64,000 nucleotides of DNA, taken from NCBI GenBank assembly GCA_963836235.1, contig CAWIIP010000004.1:768001-832000 (forward strand), given 5' to 3'. The notes below the pieces were generated by a model, which was given only the letters and a program-made list of their open reading frames with translations, made no database searches and was not told the origin of the DNA. The stretch's first letter is position 1, and the number at the start of each line of letters is the position of its first letter. Shown here in pieces: positions 28,544 through 39,151 of this stretch. The position numbers were made by a program, and so were the translations under genes. This DNA comes from an uncultured Pseudomonadota bacterium. GTDB taxonomy: Bacteria > Oederibacteriota > Muellerivitia > Muellerivitales > Muellerivitaceae.

Positions 28544-29521
28544 TTGAACTCAGCAACTGAAGAGACTTTGATTCGAAACGAGGGGGCCGGAAGACCGGCT
28601 CTCTCGTTTTTTTCTTATGGGTTCGGTGATAGGCTCTTTAAGGGGATGACGATTTTCTTTGCGTCTTTAGTATTGCTGTTGGCAATTGTGACGGCCGGCA
28701 GTCTTTTCATTACTTCTCAAGCCTCCATCAAGGCTTTTGGCTGGTCCTTTTTAACGACTTCAGATTGGGATCCCATCAAACAAGTATTTGGTGCGGTTCC
28801 GTTTATTTACGGAACGATTGTTTCTTCTTTCTTGGCCCTTTTGATCGCGACTCCCTTGGGTCTTGGGATTTCACTATTTCTTACTGAGCTGGCTCCTCAA
28901 CGTTTCCGGGACCCGGTTGCTTTTTTAGTGGAAACTTTGGCGGCTATTCCCAGTGTGGTTTATGGCTTATGGGGTATGTTTGTCCTAGCACCTTTCATGC
29001 GGGTGCATGTGGACCCCTTTTTAAGCCGTTTTGGAACACCTTTTTTTAAAGGACCTTCCACGGGGCTTTCTCTCTTCACTGCGGGTGTTATTCTCTCCAT
29101 AATGATTCTTCCCACGATAACCTCTATCAGCCGGGAAGTTTTTGAGGCTGTTCCCAATGCCTACCGTGAATCTGCCCGGGCTCTTGGGGCTACCAGTTGG
29201 GAGACCATGCGTTTATCGGTACTGGAAATTTCCAAGCCGGGGGTAGTGGGTGCCGTCATGTTGGCTATGGGCCGCGCTTTGGGGGAGACCATGGCGGTAA
29301 CTATGGTTATCGGCAACAATCCCCAAGTTTCAATTAACCTCCTTGCTGGTGCCCATAGCATGGCCAGCGTCATTGCCAACGAATTCACGGAAGCCAATGG
29401 GGACATTTATCTTGCGGCTCTTTCTGAAATAGGTCTTTTGTTGATGGCGATTACCTTGGCGCTCAACATCGCTGCCCATCTGCTAGTTTGGGCGACAACC
29501 CGTAAATTTACGAAGGCTTAA
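28544..29521 (+). CDS. pstC: Phosphate ABC permease PstC
   Basis: LAAIPSVVYGLWG, ALGAT.WE, GRALGETMAV. Confidence 0.95.
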   Translation: MNSATEETLIRNEGAGRPALSFFSYGFGDRLFKGMTIFFASLVLLLAIVTAGSLFITSQASIKAFGWSFLTTSDWDPIKQVFGAVPFIYGTIVSSFLALLIATPLGLGISLFLTELAPQRFRDPVAFLVETLAAIPSVVYGLWGMFVLAPFMRVHVDPFLSRFGTPFFKGPSTGLSLFTAGVILSIMILPTITSISREVFEAVPNAYRESARALGATSWETMRLSVLEISKPGVVGAVMLAMGRALGETMAVTMVIGNNPQVSINLLAGAHSMASVIANEFTEANGDIYLAALSEIGLLLMAITLALNIAAHLLVWATTRKFTKA

Positions 29522-29522
29522 A

Positions 29523-30380
29523 ATGCGAAAACTGGACTTTCAAACCCGAAGACTTTACATCGACAGGCTCATGGTAGGTCTTTGTGGCTTGGCCGCAATA
29601 TTGGCGGTCATCCCCTTAGTCAGTTTATTATGGTATGTATTGGAACAAGGCATAACGGCCTTAAGGCCTGGGTTCTTTATCCACCTTCCGACCCCTGTGG
29701 GGGTGGAGGGAGGAGGGATGGCCAATGCTTTGGTAGGGACAATTACTCTTGTTTTGATCGCATGTTGTGTGGGCTTGCCCGTTGGGATATTTTCTGGTAT
29801 TTACCTTGCGGAATACGGTAAAAAAAATAATTTCGCCTGGCTGGTACGGTTTACGGCCGACGTGCTTTCGGGGGTTCCTTCAATCGCGACCGGCATTGTG
29901 GCCTATGGGCTTTTGGTCAAGACCATGGGGCATTTTTCGGCGATCGCTGGGGGAGTGGCACTTGGGTTCATGATGATCCCGATCGTTACCCGAACTACTG
30001 AGGAACTAGTGAAAATGGTACCCCATTCCTTGCGAGAGGCTTCTTGGGCCTTGGGAGTACCTCAGTGGAAAACAGTTTTAAGCATTGTGATCCGTACCGC
30101 CAAAAACGGTATTTTGACCGGAGTGCTCCTTTCTGTCGCCAGGGTAGCGGGAGAAACGGCGCCCCTTTTATTTACTTCCTTCAATAATCAATTTTGGCCA
30201 AAAGGCATTAACGAACCCACGGCTTCCTTGACGGTACAAGTGTTTACTTACGCCATCTCTCCCTATGACGATTGGCATCGGCAGGCTTGGACAGGAGCGC
30301 TTGTACTATTGATCTTGGTTTTGTCGGTGAATCTGGGTGCGAAGCTATTTTTTAAGAACCCGAGGAGTTTGCTCCGTTAA
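29523..30380 (+). CDS. pstA: Phosphate ABC permease PstA
   Basis: GIYLAEY, GVPSI, LREASWALG, ARVAGETAPL. Confidence 0.95.
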   Translation: MRKLDFQTRRLYIDRLMVGLCGLAAILAVIPLVSLLWYVLEQGITALRPGFFIHLPTPVGVEGGGMANALVGTITLVLIACCVGLPVGIFSGIYLAEYGKKNNFAWLVRFTADVLSGVPSIATGIVAYGLLVKTMGHFSAIAGGVALGFMMIPIVTRTTEELVKMVPHSLREASWALGVPQWKTVLSIVIRTAKNGILTGVLLSVARVAGETAPLLFTSFNNQFWPKGINEPTASLTVQVFTYAISPYDDWHRQAWTGALVLLILVLSVNLGAKLFFKNPRSLLR

Positions 30381-30448
30381 TTAAATAAATGAATAGGATT
30401 GTCCGGAACGCTTGAAGGCTCTCCGGAGGAGACTAACCGAGGTGAAGG

Positions 30449-31333
30449 ATGGGACCTATGATTGATGAAGTGGCAGAAAAAGAAAAAAAGGAAAAGAAAA
30501 TCGTGGAAACTCAGGAATCCAAACAGGAAATCCGCAAAATCGCTGTGGCCCACCAAGAGCCAGAAAATGGAAATAAACCACTAAAAATGAAGGCGGAGGG
30601 CATTTGCGCGTGGTTCGGTACCAAACAGGCCCTATTCGATGTGAACATGACTATCTTCGCAAAAGAAGTTACCGCCATTATCGGGCCATCGGGTTGCGGT
30701 AAGTCCACCTTAATCCGTTGTTTTAACCGGATGCATGAAACCGTTCCTGGTTCCAAGTTCGCGGGGGATATCTTTTTGGAAACAACCAGCATATTTGACC
30801 CGAGGATGGATCCTGTCGCCGTTCGTCGGCGTATTGGGATGGTTTTCCAAAAGCCTACACCCTTTCCCACTCTTTCGATCTTCGATAATGTGGCCGTTGG
30901 TTTACGTTTGAACGGTGTCAGGGATAAAAAGGTTTTAGACGAGGTAGTAGAAAAGAGTCTCCGCAAGGCGGCACTTTGGGAAGAAGTGAAGGATTCTCTC
31001 CATAAGGCTGGCGGAGCCCTTTCAGGCGGTCAGCAACAGCGGCTTTGCATTGCCCGAGCTTTGGCCATCGACCTTGAAGTGCTTTTGATGGACGAGCCCT
31101 GTTCCGCGCTGGACCCTATTTCCACGACTAAGATTGAGGAATTGATTCACGAACTTCGGCAGAACTATACCATCATCATCGTTACGCATAATATGCAGCA
31201 AGCGGCCCGCGTTTCACAAAAGACGGCTTTCATGTTGAACGGCAAATTAATCGAATATGACGCGACGGAAAAAATGTTCACCAATCCGTCAAATAAATTG
31301 ACGGAAGATTACATAACAGGTCGTTTCGGTTGA
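30449..31333 (+). CDS. pstB: Phosphate ABC ATPase PstB
   Basis: [43 protein letters not shown]. Confidence 0.97.
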   Translation: MGPMIDEVAEKEKKEKKIVETQESKQEIRKIAVAHQEPENGNKPLKMKAEGICAWFGTKQALFDVNMTIFAKEVTAIIGPSGCGKSTLIRCFNRMHETVPGSKFAGDIFLETTSIFDPRMDPVAVRRRIGMVFQKPTPFPTLSIFDNVAVGLRLNGVRDKKVLDEVVEKSLRKAALWEEVKDSLHKAGGALSGGQQQRLCIARALAIDLEVLLMDEPCSALDPISTTKIEELIHELRQNYTIIIVTHNMQQAARVSQKTAFMLNGKLIEYDATEKMFTNPSNKLTEDYITGRFG

Positions 31334-31389
31334 TCTGAAGGTGGGTTAAAATGGGAAACGTCCAAACAGGAATAATGGAAGGGAAAAGT

Positions 31390-32046
31390 ATGCCAATATC
31401 TTTTGATGAAGAGCTGGATGGTTTGAAGGAAAAAATCCTGCTAATGGGAAGCAAGGTGGAGGAGGCCATTCGCCTATCCTTGAAGTCTTTGGTTGACCGC
31501 GACTCCAAACTCGCCCGGCAAGTTATTCAAAGCGACCGGGACATTAACGATCTTGAAATTGAAGTGGATGAGATGTGTCATCGTTTGCTGGCCTTGCATC
31601 AGCCTATGGCCAGCGACATGCGCTTTGTTACCAGCGCCATGAAGATCAATTCGGATCTTGAACGCATGGGAGACATGGCTGTCAATATCGCCGAGCGAGC
31701 CCTCACCTTGAACGAGGTCGCTCCTTTGAAGCCTTTCATCGACATTCCTCACATGGCGGCTATCGCGCAGGAAATGGTGAAGGTTTCCCTGGATTCCCTT
31801 GTTAATAAGGATCCTGTCGCGGCCAAAAAAGTCTGCGAACGGGATGATGAAGTGGACAACCTAAACGATCAAATTATCCGCGAACTTATCAGCTATATGC
31901 TGGAAGATCGGGCCAACATCAAGAGGGCCCTGGACTTGATTCTGGTTTCCCGCTACCTCGAACGCATTGCCGACCACGCCACGAATATCGGCGAAGACGT
32001 TATTTATATGGTGCAGGGGAAAGACATTCGACACCGCAGGGGATGA
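31390..32046 (+). CDS. phoU: Phosphate regulator PhoU
   Basis: QPMASDMR, DLERMGD, YLERIADHATNI. Confidence 0.95.
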   Translation: MPISFDEELDGLKEKILLMGSKVEEAIRLSLKSLVDRDSKLARQVIQSDRDINDLEIEVDEMCHRLLALHQPMASDMRFVTSAMKINSDLERMGDMAVNIAERALTLNEVAPLKPFIDIPHMAAIAQEMVKVSLDSLVNKDPVAAKKVCERDDEVDNLNDQIIRELISYMLEDRANIKRALDLILVSRYLERIADHATNIGEDVIYMVQGKDIRHRRG

Positions 32047-32080
32047 CATAGAAAAACAAGCTAAACCGAAACTATTTTAG

Positions 32081-32109
32081 GCCTGGGAAAAAATATCCCA
32101 GGCTTTTTT
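32081..32109 (+). terminator. Intrinsic terminator of the pst-phoU operon
   Basis: GCCTGGGA/TCCCAGGC stem followed by T6. Confidence 0.85.
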
Positions 32110-32474
32110 ATTGCCTAAATGAGGATCACTAAATTAAAACCGGCCGGCGGCTTTCGAGCCGAGTGGGGCAGGAGGTGTCATCCGGGCCTGGATATTGACC
32201 CATACCTGCCTCAGCTTTGATAGCGGCCTTATGTGAATGGAACTTCAATTTGGTGGAATTGAATAAAAAACGAGAAAGATGAGCAAACGGCATGAACAGT
32301 AAGCCAACCCTGAATTTGAGCTCCACTTAAAAATACTTTCCACAAAAAAGTTTAATTGCCCGGATTGTGTAGCATGGTTCGTTCATAGCGCGAACAATCT
32401 AATCGAGAGTATTTTGACTAAAGTCCGTTATCGTAATGACAAGCGATTGGTTTGGAAGCATTTGGGGAAACCGG

Positions 32475-32503
32475 TTGAAAATTAAGGGTTTTTTACTTAA
32501 ACT
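32475..32503 (+). promoter_or_regulatory. Sigma70-type promoter of csp
   Basis: TTGAAA-N17-TAAACT, implying a leader of about 140 nt. Confidence 0.55.
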
Positions 32504-32648
32504 GAGGTTACATCGTTGAAAGCATCAAGGGCGATGGCTTGGCCGCTGAGGGCATCTTAAGTCGGCATCCCTGTTTCAGGAACGCGACGGAGGGAAGTCA
32601 CTAAGGCGGCGGGGGTTTTAGCGATGCGGAAAAGGAAGGGTCCGAAAG

Positions 32649-32855
32649 ATGCCAAACGGGCGAGTGAAGTGGTTTAATGCGGGCAAGGGCTATGGGTTCA
32701 TCGAGCAAGACGGCGGGGAAGACGTATTCGTCCACTTCTCAGCCATTCAAGGCGACGGGTTCAAGACTTTGACGGCGGGCCAAGAAGTAACTTTTGAGAT
32801 TGTGCAGGGCGCGAAGGGTAAGCAGGCGGCGAATGTAACTAAAGCCGGCGGGTAA
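32649..32855 (+). CDS. csp: Cold-shock protein
   Basis: [22 protein letters not shown]. Confidence 0.97.
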   Translation: MPNGRVKWFNAGKGYGFIEQDGGEDVFVHFSAIQGDGFKTLTAGQEVTFEIVQGAKGKQAANVTKAGG

Positions 32856-32868
32856 CGACACCTATTCC

Positions 32869-32902
32869 AAAGGCCTCTCCCGAAGGGGGGAGGCCTTTTT
32901 TT
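32869..32902 (+). terminator. Intrinsic terminator after csp
   Basis: AAGGCCTCTCC-CGAAG-GGGGAGGCCTT plus T-run. Confidence 0.88.
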
Positions 32903-32986
32903 GTTTGCGGACAGATAAATAAAATGCGAAATTAAAAGAGTAACACGAGAGAATGCGGGTTTATCGAAGGCTTTGGGAGTGTTGAG

Positions 32987-33730
32987 TTGAAAAAGAATAT
33001 CCAAACATTTGAAACGGTTGCTCCCGGTGGAGCCACCCCTAACGGCGCCAAGGTGGATGTGTTGGCTTTTGGCGCGCATCCGGATGACGTTGAAATAGCT
33101 ATGGGTGGAACAATCCTTTCCTTGAAAGCCCAAGGGGCCAAGGTGGTGGTTTGTCATTTGACTGATGGGGAACCCACGCCTTACGGTAACCACAAGACCC
33201 GCTTGAAAGAAGCGGAGGCCGCGGCTAAGTTATTGAGGTTGGACGACTACCGCATTCTCCCCTTAAAAAACCGTGAACTTCAGGACACGATTCCGGCTCG
33301 AAAGAAAGTGGCTGAAGTCATCCGCCAATATCGGCCGGCCATTGTCTTCGCTCCTTATTGGGTGGATGCCCATCCCGATCATTGGGGAGGAAGTGAATTG
33401 GTTCAGGCCGCCCGCTTTTGGGCGAAGTTGGTGAAAACCGACATGAAACATGATCCCTGGTACCCGCCGAAGTTTTACTACCATCTTTGCTCCCACCTGC
33501 GGCCCAACGTTCAGCCTTCTTTTATAGTGGATACCTCCGCTTATCACGAACAAAAACTCAAAGCGATCTCTTGTTACGAAAGCCAGTTCATTAAGAAGCC
33601 AGGAAGCCGGGCATTGGAATTTATTAACGTGGCTAATAGATATTGGGGTTCCATGATCGGAACCCAAACCGGAGAGCCCTTCTTTTCAAAGGAAAATCTG
33701 GGGGTTGAAGACCCACGATTGTTTATTTAA
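32987..33730 (+). CDS. PIG-L family deacetylase, BshB1-like
   Basis: AHPDDVE, LTDGE, R.KEA, HPDH, CYESQF. Confidence 0.85.
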   Translation: MKKNIQTFETVAPGGATPNGAKVDVLAFGAHPDDVEIAMGGTILSLKAQGAKVVVCHLTDGEPTPYGNHKTRLKEAEAAAKLLRLDDYRILPLKNRELQDTIPARKKVAEVIRQYRPAIVFAPYWVDAHPDHWGGSELVQAARFWAKLVKTDMKHDPWYPPKFYYHLCSHLRPNVQPSFIVDTSAYHEQKLKAISCYESQFIKKPGSRALEFINVANRYWGSMIGTQTGEPFFSKENLGVEDPRLFI

Positions 33731-34024
33731 AACTGACAAATTGCGGGAAAGACTGACGGCAGGAAAGTTAAATTATCTTATCCTTGTCTTTGCTGAAAGG
33801 CGCTAGAGCCCGGCCTGCCATATAGACCCCTGACATCACGAAAAACGCCAGAAAATCCAGGATTACTTTTCCCGATAAGTTTTTGATTTTGCGGCTCATA
33901 GGAGCCCCCTTCAATGAGTCTTCACTTATTCAGACGGGTGAAGCCTCGCTTTAGTTCAAAAGTGCATAACTGATGCCAAAATCCCACAAATTCTTCTCCA
34001 ATTGGGTGGTTTTTGTCGGGTCTG

Positions 34025-34048
34025 AAAAGTATACAGCCGTATACTTTT
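34025..34048. promoter_or_regulatory. Perfect palindrome, candidate LexA/SOS operator of recA
   Basis: AAAAGTATAC-AGCC-GTATACTTTT ending 3 bp before the -35 box. Confidence 0.6.
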
Positions 34049-34051
34049 TTC

Positions 34052-34080
34052 TTGACAGGGGCATTGGGGGCTTTTAGGAT
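34052..34080 (+). promoter_or_regulatory. Sigma70 promoter of recA
   Basis: TTGACA-N17-TAGGAT. Confidence 0.8.
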
Positions 34081-34125
34081 GGCGTTATTCAGTTGGAAGT
34101 ACTTATTTTCTTAAGGAGAAGCGAA

Positions 34126-35295
34126 ATGGCGACCGAGAAGCAAAAAGCGTTGGATATGGCGATCCTGCAGATTGAGAAGGACCACGGCAAGGGAGCAATT
34201 ATGAAACTGGGGGATGCCAAGGTACAGGACGTCAAATCCATCTCCACGGGAGCTATCTCCGTCGACATCGCCACCGGTATCGGGGGAGTACCCCGAGGCC
34301 GTATCATTGAAATATATGGACCGGAATCCTCCGGTAAAACCACCCTGACCCTTCATATTGTGGCTGAGTGCCAAAAAGCCGGTGGAACCGCTGTTTTTAT
34401 TGACGCCGAACATGCCATGGATCCGGTTTACGCCAGGAAATTAGGCGTTAACGTGGACGAACTCCTGATTTCTCAACCCGATTCAGCCGAAGAGGCCCTC
34501 CAGATCGCCGATACCCTTATTCGTTCCGGCGCCATTGATGTGCTCGTTGTGGACTCGGTGGCGGCCTTGGCTCCACGGGCAGAGTTAGAAGGGGACATGG
34601 GTGATGCCCACGTGGGTCTGCAGGCCCGCTTGATGAGTCAGGCCCTTCGGAAGTTGACGGCTTTGCTTTCCAAGTCCCATACTTGCGCCATCTTCATCAA
34701 TCAAATCCGTGAGAAAATTGGGGTCATGTTCGGTAACCCCGAGACTACCCCGGGTGGACGCGCTTTGAAGTTTTACGCCTCCATGCGACTGGATATACGC
34801 CGAGTGGAAGCCATCAAGAGCGGCGACCAGAACATCGGTAACAAAGTGAAGGTCAAAGTCGTGAAAAACAAGACGGCACAACCTTTCCGGGAAGGGTTCG
34901 TTGATATCATCTTCGGCGAAGGTATTTCGAAAGAAGGCTCCCTCATTGATGTGGGCGTCGAAATGAATATCGTGGACAAAAGCGGCACCTGGCTGAGCTT
35001 CGGGGAGAACAAAATCGGACAGGGCCGGGAAGCCGCCAAGACTTTCTTGAAGGAACATCCGGAAGTGATGGCCCAGATCGAAAAGAAAATCAAGGAAAAG
35101 ACCGGATTAATACCAGCCCCGACGGTCCCAGTTGAAAAAGGGAAAACCGAGACTTCCGGATTGGCCACAGTGAGTCCGTCAAATGCTCCGGTGCAAAATA
35201 AACTAGTGGCTACCTCAGCGGTTGTGCCACCGCAAATTAAAAAGGACAGCGTTTTTGTTCCGACTGATAAGGCCAAGGTCGCATTGAAGAAATAA
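34126..35295 (+). CDS. recA: Recombinase RecA
   Basis: [46 protein letters not shown]; AAGGAG RBS. Confidence 0.98.
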   Translation: MATEKQKALDMAILQIEKDHGKGAIMKLGDAKVQDVKSISTGAISVDIATGIGGVPRGRIIEIYGPESSGKTTLTLHIVAECQKAGGTAVFIDAEHAMDPVYARKLGVNVDELLISQPDSAEEALQIADTLIRSGAIDVLVVDSVAALAPRAELEGDMGDAHVGLQARLMSQALRKLTALLSKSHTCAIFINQIREKIGVMFGNPETTPGGRALKFYASMRLDIRRVEAIKSGDQNIGNKVKVKVVKNKTAQPFREGFVDIIFGEGISKEGSLIDVGVEMNIVDKSGTWLSFGENKIGQGREAAKTFLKEHPEVMAQIEKKIKEKTGLIPAPTVPVEKGKTETSGLATVSPSNAPVQNKLVATSAVVPPQIKKDSVFVPTDKAKVALKK

Positions 35296-35321
35296 AATCA
35301 GTAAACTAATTTTACCCGTTG

Positions 35322-35359
35322 AAAGGGGCGTGGGAAACCACGACCCCTTTTGTTTTTTT
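35322..35359 (+). terminator. Intrinsic terminator after recA
   Basis: AAAGGGGCGTGG-GAAA-CCACGACCCCTTT plus T-run. Confidence 0.85.
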
Positions 35360-35420
35360 CAATAGGTTCATTTCACTTGAATTGAATACAATAAGCGAAC
35401 CCCAAATGGAGGACGATCTT

Positions 35421-37754
35421 ATGACGAAGACGCCCATCAATAAACTTTTGAAATTCATTCTGTGGACTGGCGGTCTAATCGTCGGACTTTTTGTGCTCTT
35501 ATTGATTGCCGCAGCCATCATCATCCCCATCAAGTTCCCGCCCGAGAAGTTAAAGGCTATGGCCACGGAACAACTCACCCAAGTCCTTAAGCACAAAGTG
35601 ACCATCGGTTCCGTCCATTTCAACATCCTCAGCGGGTTTGGTATCCAAGACCTAGTGGTAGCCAACCGGTCCGGTTGGGCCTCGAAACCCCTACTTCAGG
35701 CGGCGGATATTTCCATTTCTTACCATTTGCTGCCCTTGCTTTGGGGACAGGTTTCTTTAGGGGAAATTAAACTGAACCAGCCCCAAATCCTGGTGGAAAA
35801 ACGGGGACCCGGCAACTTCAACTTTAGCGATATGACGGGTTCCAGCTCGGCCCCGGCCGCCACGGCTCCTGCGGCCAGACCCGTCTCCGCCAAGGCCAAA
35901 TCCAAAGCCAAGACCAAAGGGAAGAAGAAGAGACGCGCTGAATTTATCCAATCCGAGGAAGCTCCTGTTCAAACCTCCTTCTTCGCGGACAGCGCTTGGG
36001 CTGGGACGGCTTCCAGCGCTTCCACCTCCTCAAAAATCATCCAACAGCTTTCAGTGGACAGCGTCAATATTGTCCACGCCCATTTGGAATACCTGGACGA
36101 GTCGGTTTCGCCCGCGCAGAAATCGGTGGCGGATGACCTGAACGTCAAGATCAAGAATATCTCGCTGGATGGCGGGAAAATCACCTATTCCATTGACACG
36201 CCTTTTACCTTCAATAAGTTGACTTACAAGTTCAGCGTCGGGGGAAGCGCGCGTTATTTCTACGCCAGTCAATCCATCAAGGAACTAGCGCTAAAGGGCG
36301 CCGTGAACGATTTGGGTTTCAACCTTTCGGGAGACGCGCTCAACATGACGGGCAATTACAGCCCGAACATGGACGGGGAAGCTTCTTTAAACATGCTCAA
36401 ATTCGTCGGGTTGGTTCCTAGCTCGCTCTACCAGATGCCCCAAGGCTTGTCGCTGACGGGCCCGGCCAAGGTGGATTTCCACCTGGCGGGAAGCCGGGAC
36501 AGCGGGTTGGAGCTTTCGGGAACCGCTGATGGGTCCGAACTGGTTATCCAATATAAAGACCTTTTCGTGAAGACCGATAAGACAGCCTGCAAGATCGATT
36601 TCAAGACCGTCAACAACTTGATACGAGGGGTCTATGACGTGCCCTCTTTCACGGTGGTATACGGTGATTGGAATGTGACGGGTTCTTTTCATTACAGCGC
36701 GAACGCGCCCTGGTCCTGTAAAATTCACTCGGATGCCCTGCCTTTCAAGGGCCTGCCGGGCATGCTGCCGAAAATGAAAAACACAACCGTGGACGGCACC
36801 GGGTCGGTGGACCTTTCCATCGTCTCGTCCCCCGGCAAATCCCTGCCGTTCCTTGTGAACGGGCAAATAGAGCTCAAGGGGGTGGGGGTTACACTGCCGA
36901 ACGAACCCTATCTTCAAAACATGACAGGGCCCATCTATTGTGCCAATAACGTGATTCGAATCCCTTCCATTACTTCCAAGTCCTTCGATGGTGACATCGC
37001 TATGGGGGTCACCCTGAACGGCCCCGCTCAAACTTATAGCTATGCCTTTCGATTGACCAACGTGGACTCCCAAAAGGCTATCGACGGCAGTATCGACGCC
37101 TATGTGACCACTAAGGACTATTCACAATATAAGGACAAGCTTTTCGGCAAGATGAACCTGGCCTATGCCGGTTATGGCAAAGGTTTCTCCGGTGACGCCA
37201 TGATGGCCAGCCAAGTCGGGCAAGGGAATTACAGCCTGACAGACACAAAACTCAAGGGGTTCAGCGCCATCAAAACCGTAAACAGTCTTTTGAAGGACAA
37301 GAGCGACGAAATCCATTTCGATAACACCACGGGTAACCTGGCCATGCGCAACAAGGTTTTCTCCTATACTTCCAGTAACATCGGGAAAATCGGCAGTGTG
37401 GCGGTGGTGTGGGGCATGGACGTCGTCAAGATGACTTACTCGCCTGACATGCAGGTGAAGTGCAACATCAAAAAAGACTTGGTGGATACGAATGCTGTTC
37501 TCGGGGTTCTTCCTCAATCCCTGAGGGGTATGGCGAAGGTCGATTACTTGGCGGACGATAATGGAAATATTCCAGCGGACGTCAAATTTACCGGGCCGGT
37601 CTCAGAAAACCATTATTCCTGGGATACCACTCGTATTGGAAACAATGTCAAAAAGCACTTGGGAAGTATTATTCAACAAGGGTTGCAGTCGCCCGGCGCG
37701 CAAAACACGGTCCAGGACCTAGGCAATAAGCTGAAAGGCCTTTTCGGCCATTGA
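35421..37754 (+). CDS. AsmA-family protein
   Basis: N-terminal TM anchor, LLPLLWGQV...I.LNQP.I...FNFSD, long beta-rich body; start moved past terminator to ATG after GGAGG. Confidence 0.8.
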   Translation: MTKTPINKLLKFILWTGGLIVGLFVLLLIAAAIIIPIKFPPEKLKAMATEQLTQVLKHKVTIGSVHFNILSGFGIQDLVVANRSGWASKPLLQAADISISYHLLPLLWGQVSLGEIKLNQPQILVEKRGPGNFNFSDMTGSSSAPAATAPAARPVSAKAKSKAKTKGKKKRRAEFIQSEEAPVQTSFFADSAWAGTASSASTSSKIIQQLSVDSVNIVHAHLEYLDESVSPAQKSVADDLNVKIKNISLDGGKITYSIDTPFTFNKLTYKFSVGGSARYFYASQSIKELALKGAVNDLGFNLSGDALNMTGNYSPNMDGEASLNMLKFVGLVPSSLYQMPQGLSLTGPAKVDFHLAGSRDSGLELSGTADGSELVIQYKDLFVKTDKTACKIDFKTVNNLIRGVYDVPSFTVVYGDWNVTGSFHYSANAPWSCKIHSDALPFKGLPGMLPKMKNTTVDGTGSVDLSIVSSPGKSLPFLVNGQIELKGVGVTLPNEPYLQNMTGPIYCANNVIRIPSITSKSFDGDIAMGVTLNGPAQTYSYAFRLTNVDSQKAIDGSIDAYVTTKDYSQYKDKLFGKMNLAYAGYGKGFSGDAMMASQVGQGNYSLTDTKLKGFSAIKTVNSLLKDKSDEIHFDNTTGNLAMRNKVFSYTSSNIGKIGSVAVVWGMDVVKMTYSPDMQVKCNIKKDLVDTNAVLGVLPQSLRGMAKVDYLADDNGNIPADVKFTGPVSENHYSWDTTRIGNNVKKHLGSIIQQGLQSPGAQNTVQDLGNKLKGLFGH

Positions 37755-37780
37755 TTCACCTGTCAAAATTAATTTGAAAA

Positions 37781-37812
37781 AGTGCGGGAAAACTCCCGCT
37801 CTTTTTATTTTT
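37781..37812 (+). terminator. Intrinsic terminator after asmA
   Basis: GCGGGA-AAAC-TCCCGC then T-rich tract. Confidence 0.65.
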
Positions 37813-37822
37813 AAGGACCCCA

Positions 37823-39121
37823 ATGTTTGATTTGTTCTTTTCCTATGTCTATCGGTTTTTGCACCGCTATTTGGGCGTGCGGCGGCCCCTTTCTGATAAG
37901 GAAAAGACATTGGCTTGGATGTTCAGCCTTTATGACTTTAATTACGCCTTATCCTCGCTTTTTTTGAATGTCTTCCTCTTTAAAAAACATCAAGATTTCC
38001 AAACGGTGGGCCTCTTTAACCTGACGCAATTCGCGATTATTGCCCCCGCCTTTTGGTTGGGGGGGCATTTATCCAAAAAATTCGGAAATTTGCTTTCGTA
38101 CCAGCTTGGATTTGTTTTTAGCGCATCCGTTTTTGCGGCAACACTTATCCTCCGAGAGAACGCGCCCAATCATCCCTGCCTACTTGGATTATTAGGAGGG
38201 TTGGGAATCGGTTTTTATTTCCTTGGGGAGCATTCCTTGACCCTGGACATGACGACTGAGGAGACCCGCGATTATTTTCTTTCCCTGACGACTTTTTTTT
38301 CATCGATTCTCTGCATCTTAAGCCCGGCCATGGCTGGATGGCTCATTGCCGCCTTTAGAAAATCCTCTTCCGGCCTTTCAGGGGATACGGGCTCCCTGAT
38401 GGGCTATTACCTTGTTTTCACCATCGCGCTGTTTCTTTACCTGGTTCTCACCTTCAAGAGTTTCCAATTCCACGCGAAACCGGCGGACCAGGGTTTTTTC
38501 TTTTGGAAAGTGCTTACTTTCCGTAATAACGGGGATTGGAACCGATTAATGGTCGCTCAATTTCTGTTAGGCTTGCGAGGGGGCGTTTTTTGGTTTGTGG
38601 TGCCCCTTTTGGTTTACCGGTTTTCCCTCAATGAGGTGATTGTGGGTGGCTACAGCATGTTCGTGAACTTCCAGGGGGTTTTAACCACATACGCGCTTTC
38701 CCTCTGGGCGAAGGCAGGCAACCGTTGGAAAGGCCTTTGGATTTCGTCCTGGTTGCTGGGATTTGCCTTCGTTGGCCTTTTTATCAAAATCAATTATTTC
38801 ACTTTTCTTCTTTATGCGCTCTTGGTTGCCACGGGGGGAACATGGGGCCAAGTTGTTTTCGGAGCTTTTTCTTTTAAAATTTTAGAAAAAGCAAGGGAAG
38901 CCAAGTCCGGCAAAATTGAGTATCTGGCCATTCGGGAATTCCCATTGGGTCTGGGCCGGGTCCTGGGAGTGGTGGGCTTTTTAGGAGGGCTGTATTATTT
39001 CGGGGAAACGGGACTTCGAACGGCCTTGCTCGTCTTGGGATTCGCCCATATGGGCGTGTTTTTCTTCCTTCCCAAAAATAAATCCGTTGAAATCTCCTCT
39101 CCAGGCTTGGAAAAAGCGTAA
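37823..39121 (+). CDS. MFS-type membrane transporter
   Basis: About 12 hydrophobic segments in two bundles. Confidence 0.75.
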   Translation: MFDLFFSYVYRFLHRYLGVRRPLSDKEKTLAWMFSLYDFNYALSSLFLNVFLFKKHQDFQTVGLFNLTQFAIIAPAFWLGGHLSKKFGNLLSYQLGFVFSASVFAATLILRENAPNHPCLLGLLGGLGIGFYFLGEHSLTLDMTTEETRDYFLSLTTFFSSILCILSPAMAGWLIAAFRKSSSGLSGDTGSLMGYYLVFTIALFLYLVLTFKSFQFHAKPADQGFFFWKVLTFRNNGDWNRLMVAQFLLGLRGGVFWFVVPLLVYRFSLNEVIVGGYSMFVNFQGVLTTYALSLWAKAGNRWKGLWISSWLLGFAFVGLFIKINYFTFLLYALLVATGGTWGQVVFGAFSFKILEKAREAKSGKIEYLAIREFPLGLGRVLGVVGFLGGLYYFGETGLRTALLVLGFAHMGVFFFLPKNKSVEISSPGLEKA

Positions 39122-39151
39122 AATGTACAAAATCAAGCGGGAGAAATTTTA

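Noticed and set aside
32129-32326. 65-aa minus-strand ORF between phoU and csp
   Set aside because: GTG start without clear RBS and no motif; cannot support it.
33740-33960. Possible riboswitch or ncRNA upstream of recA
   Set aside because: Only short scattered stems (GGCAGG/CCTGCC, CGGGAAA/TTTCCCG), no recognised family, and it lies upstream of the recA promoter.
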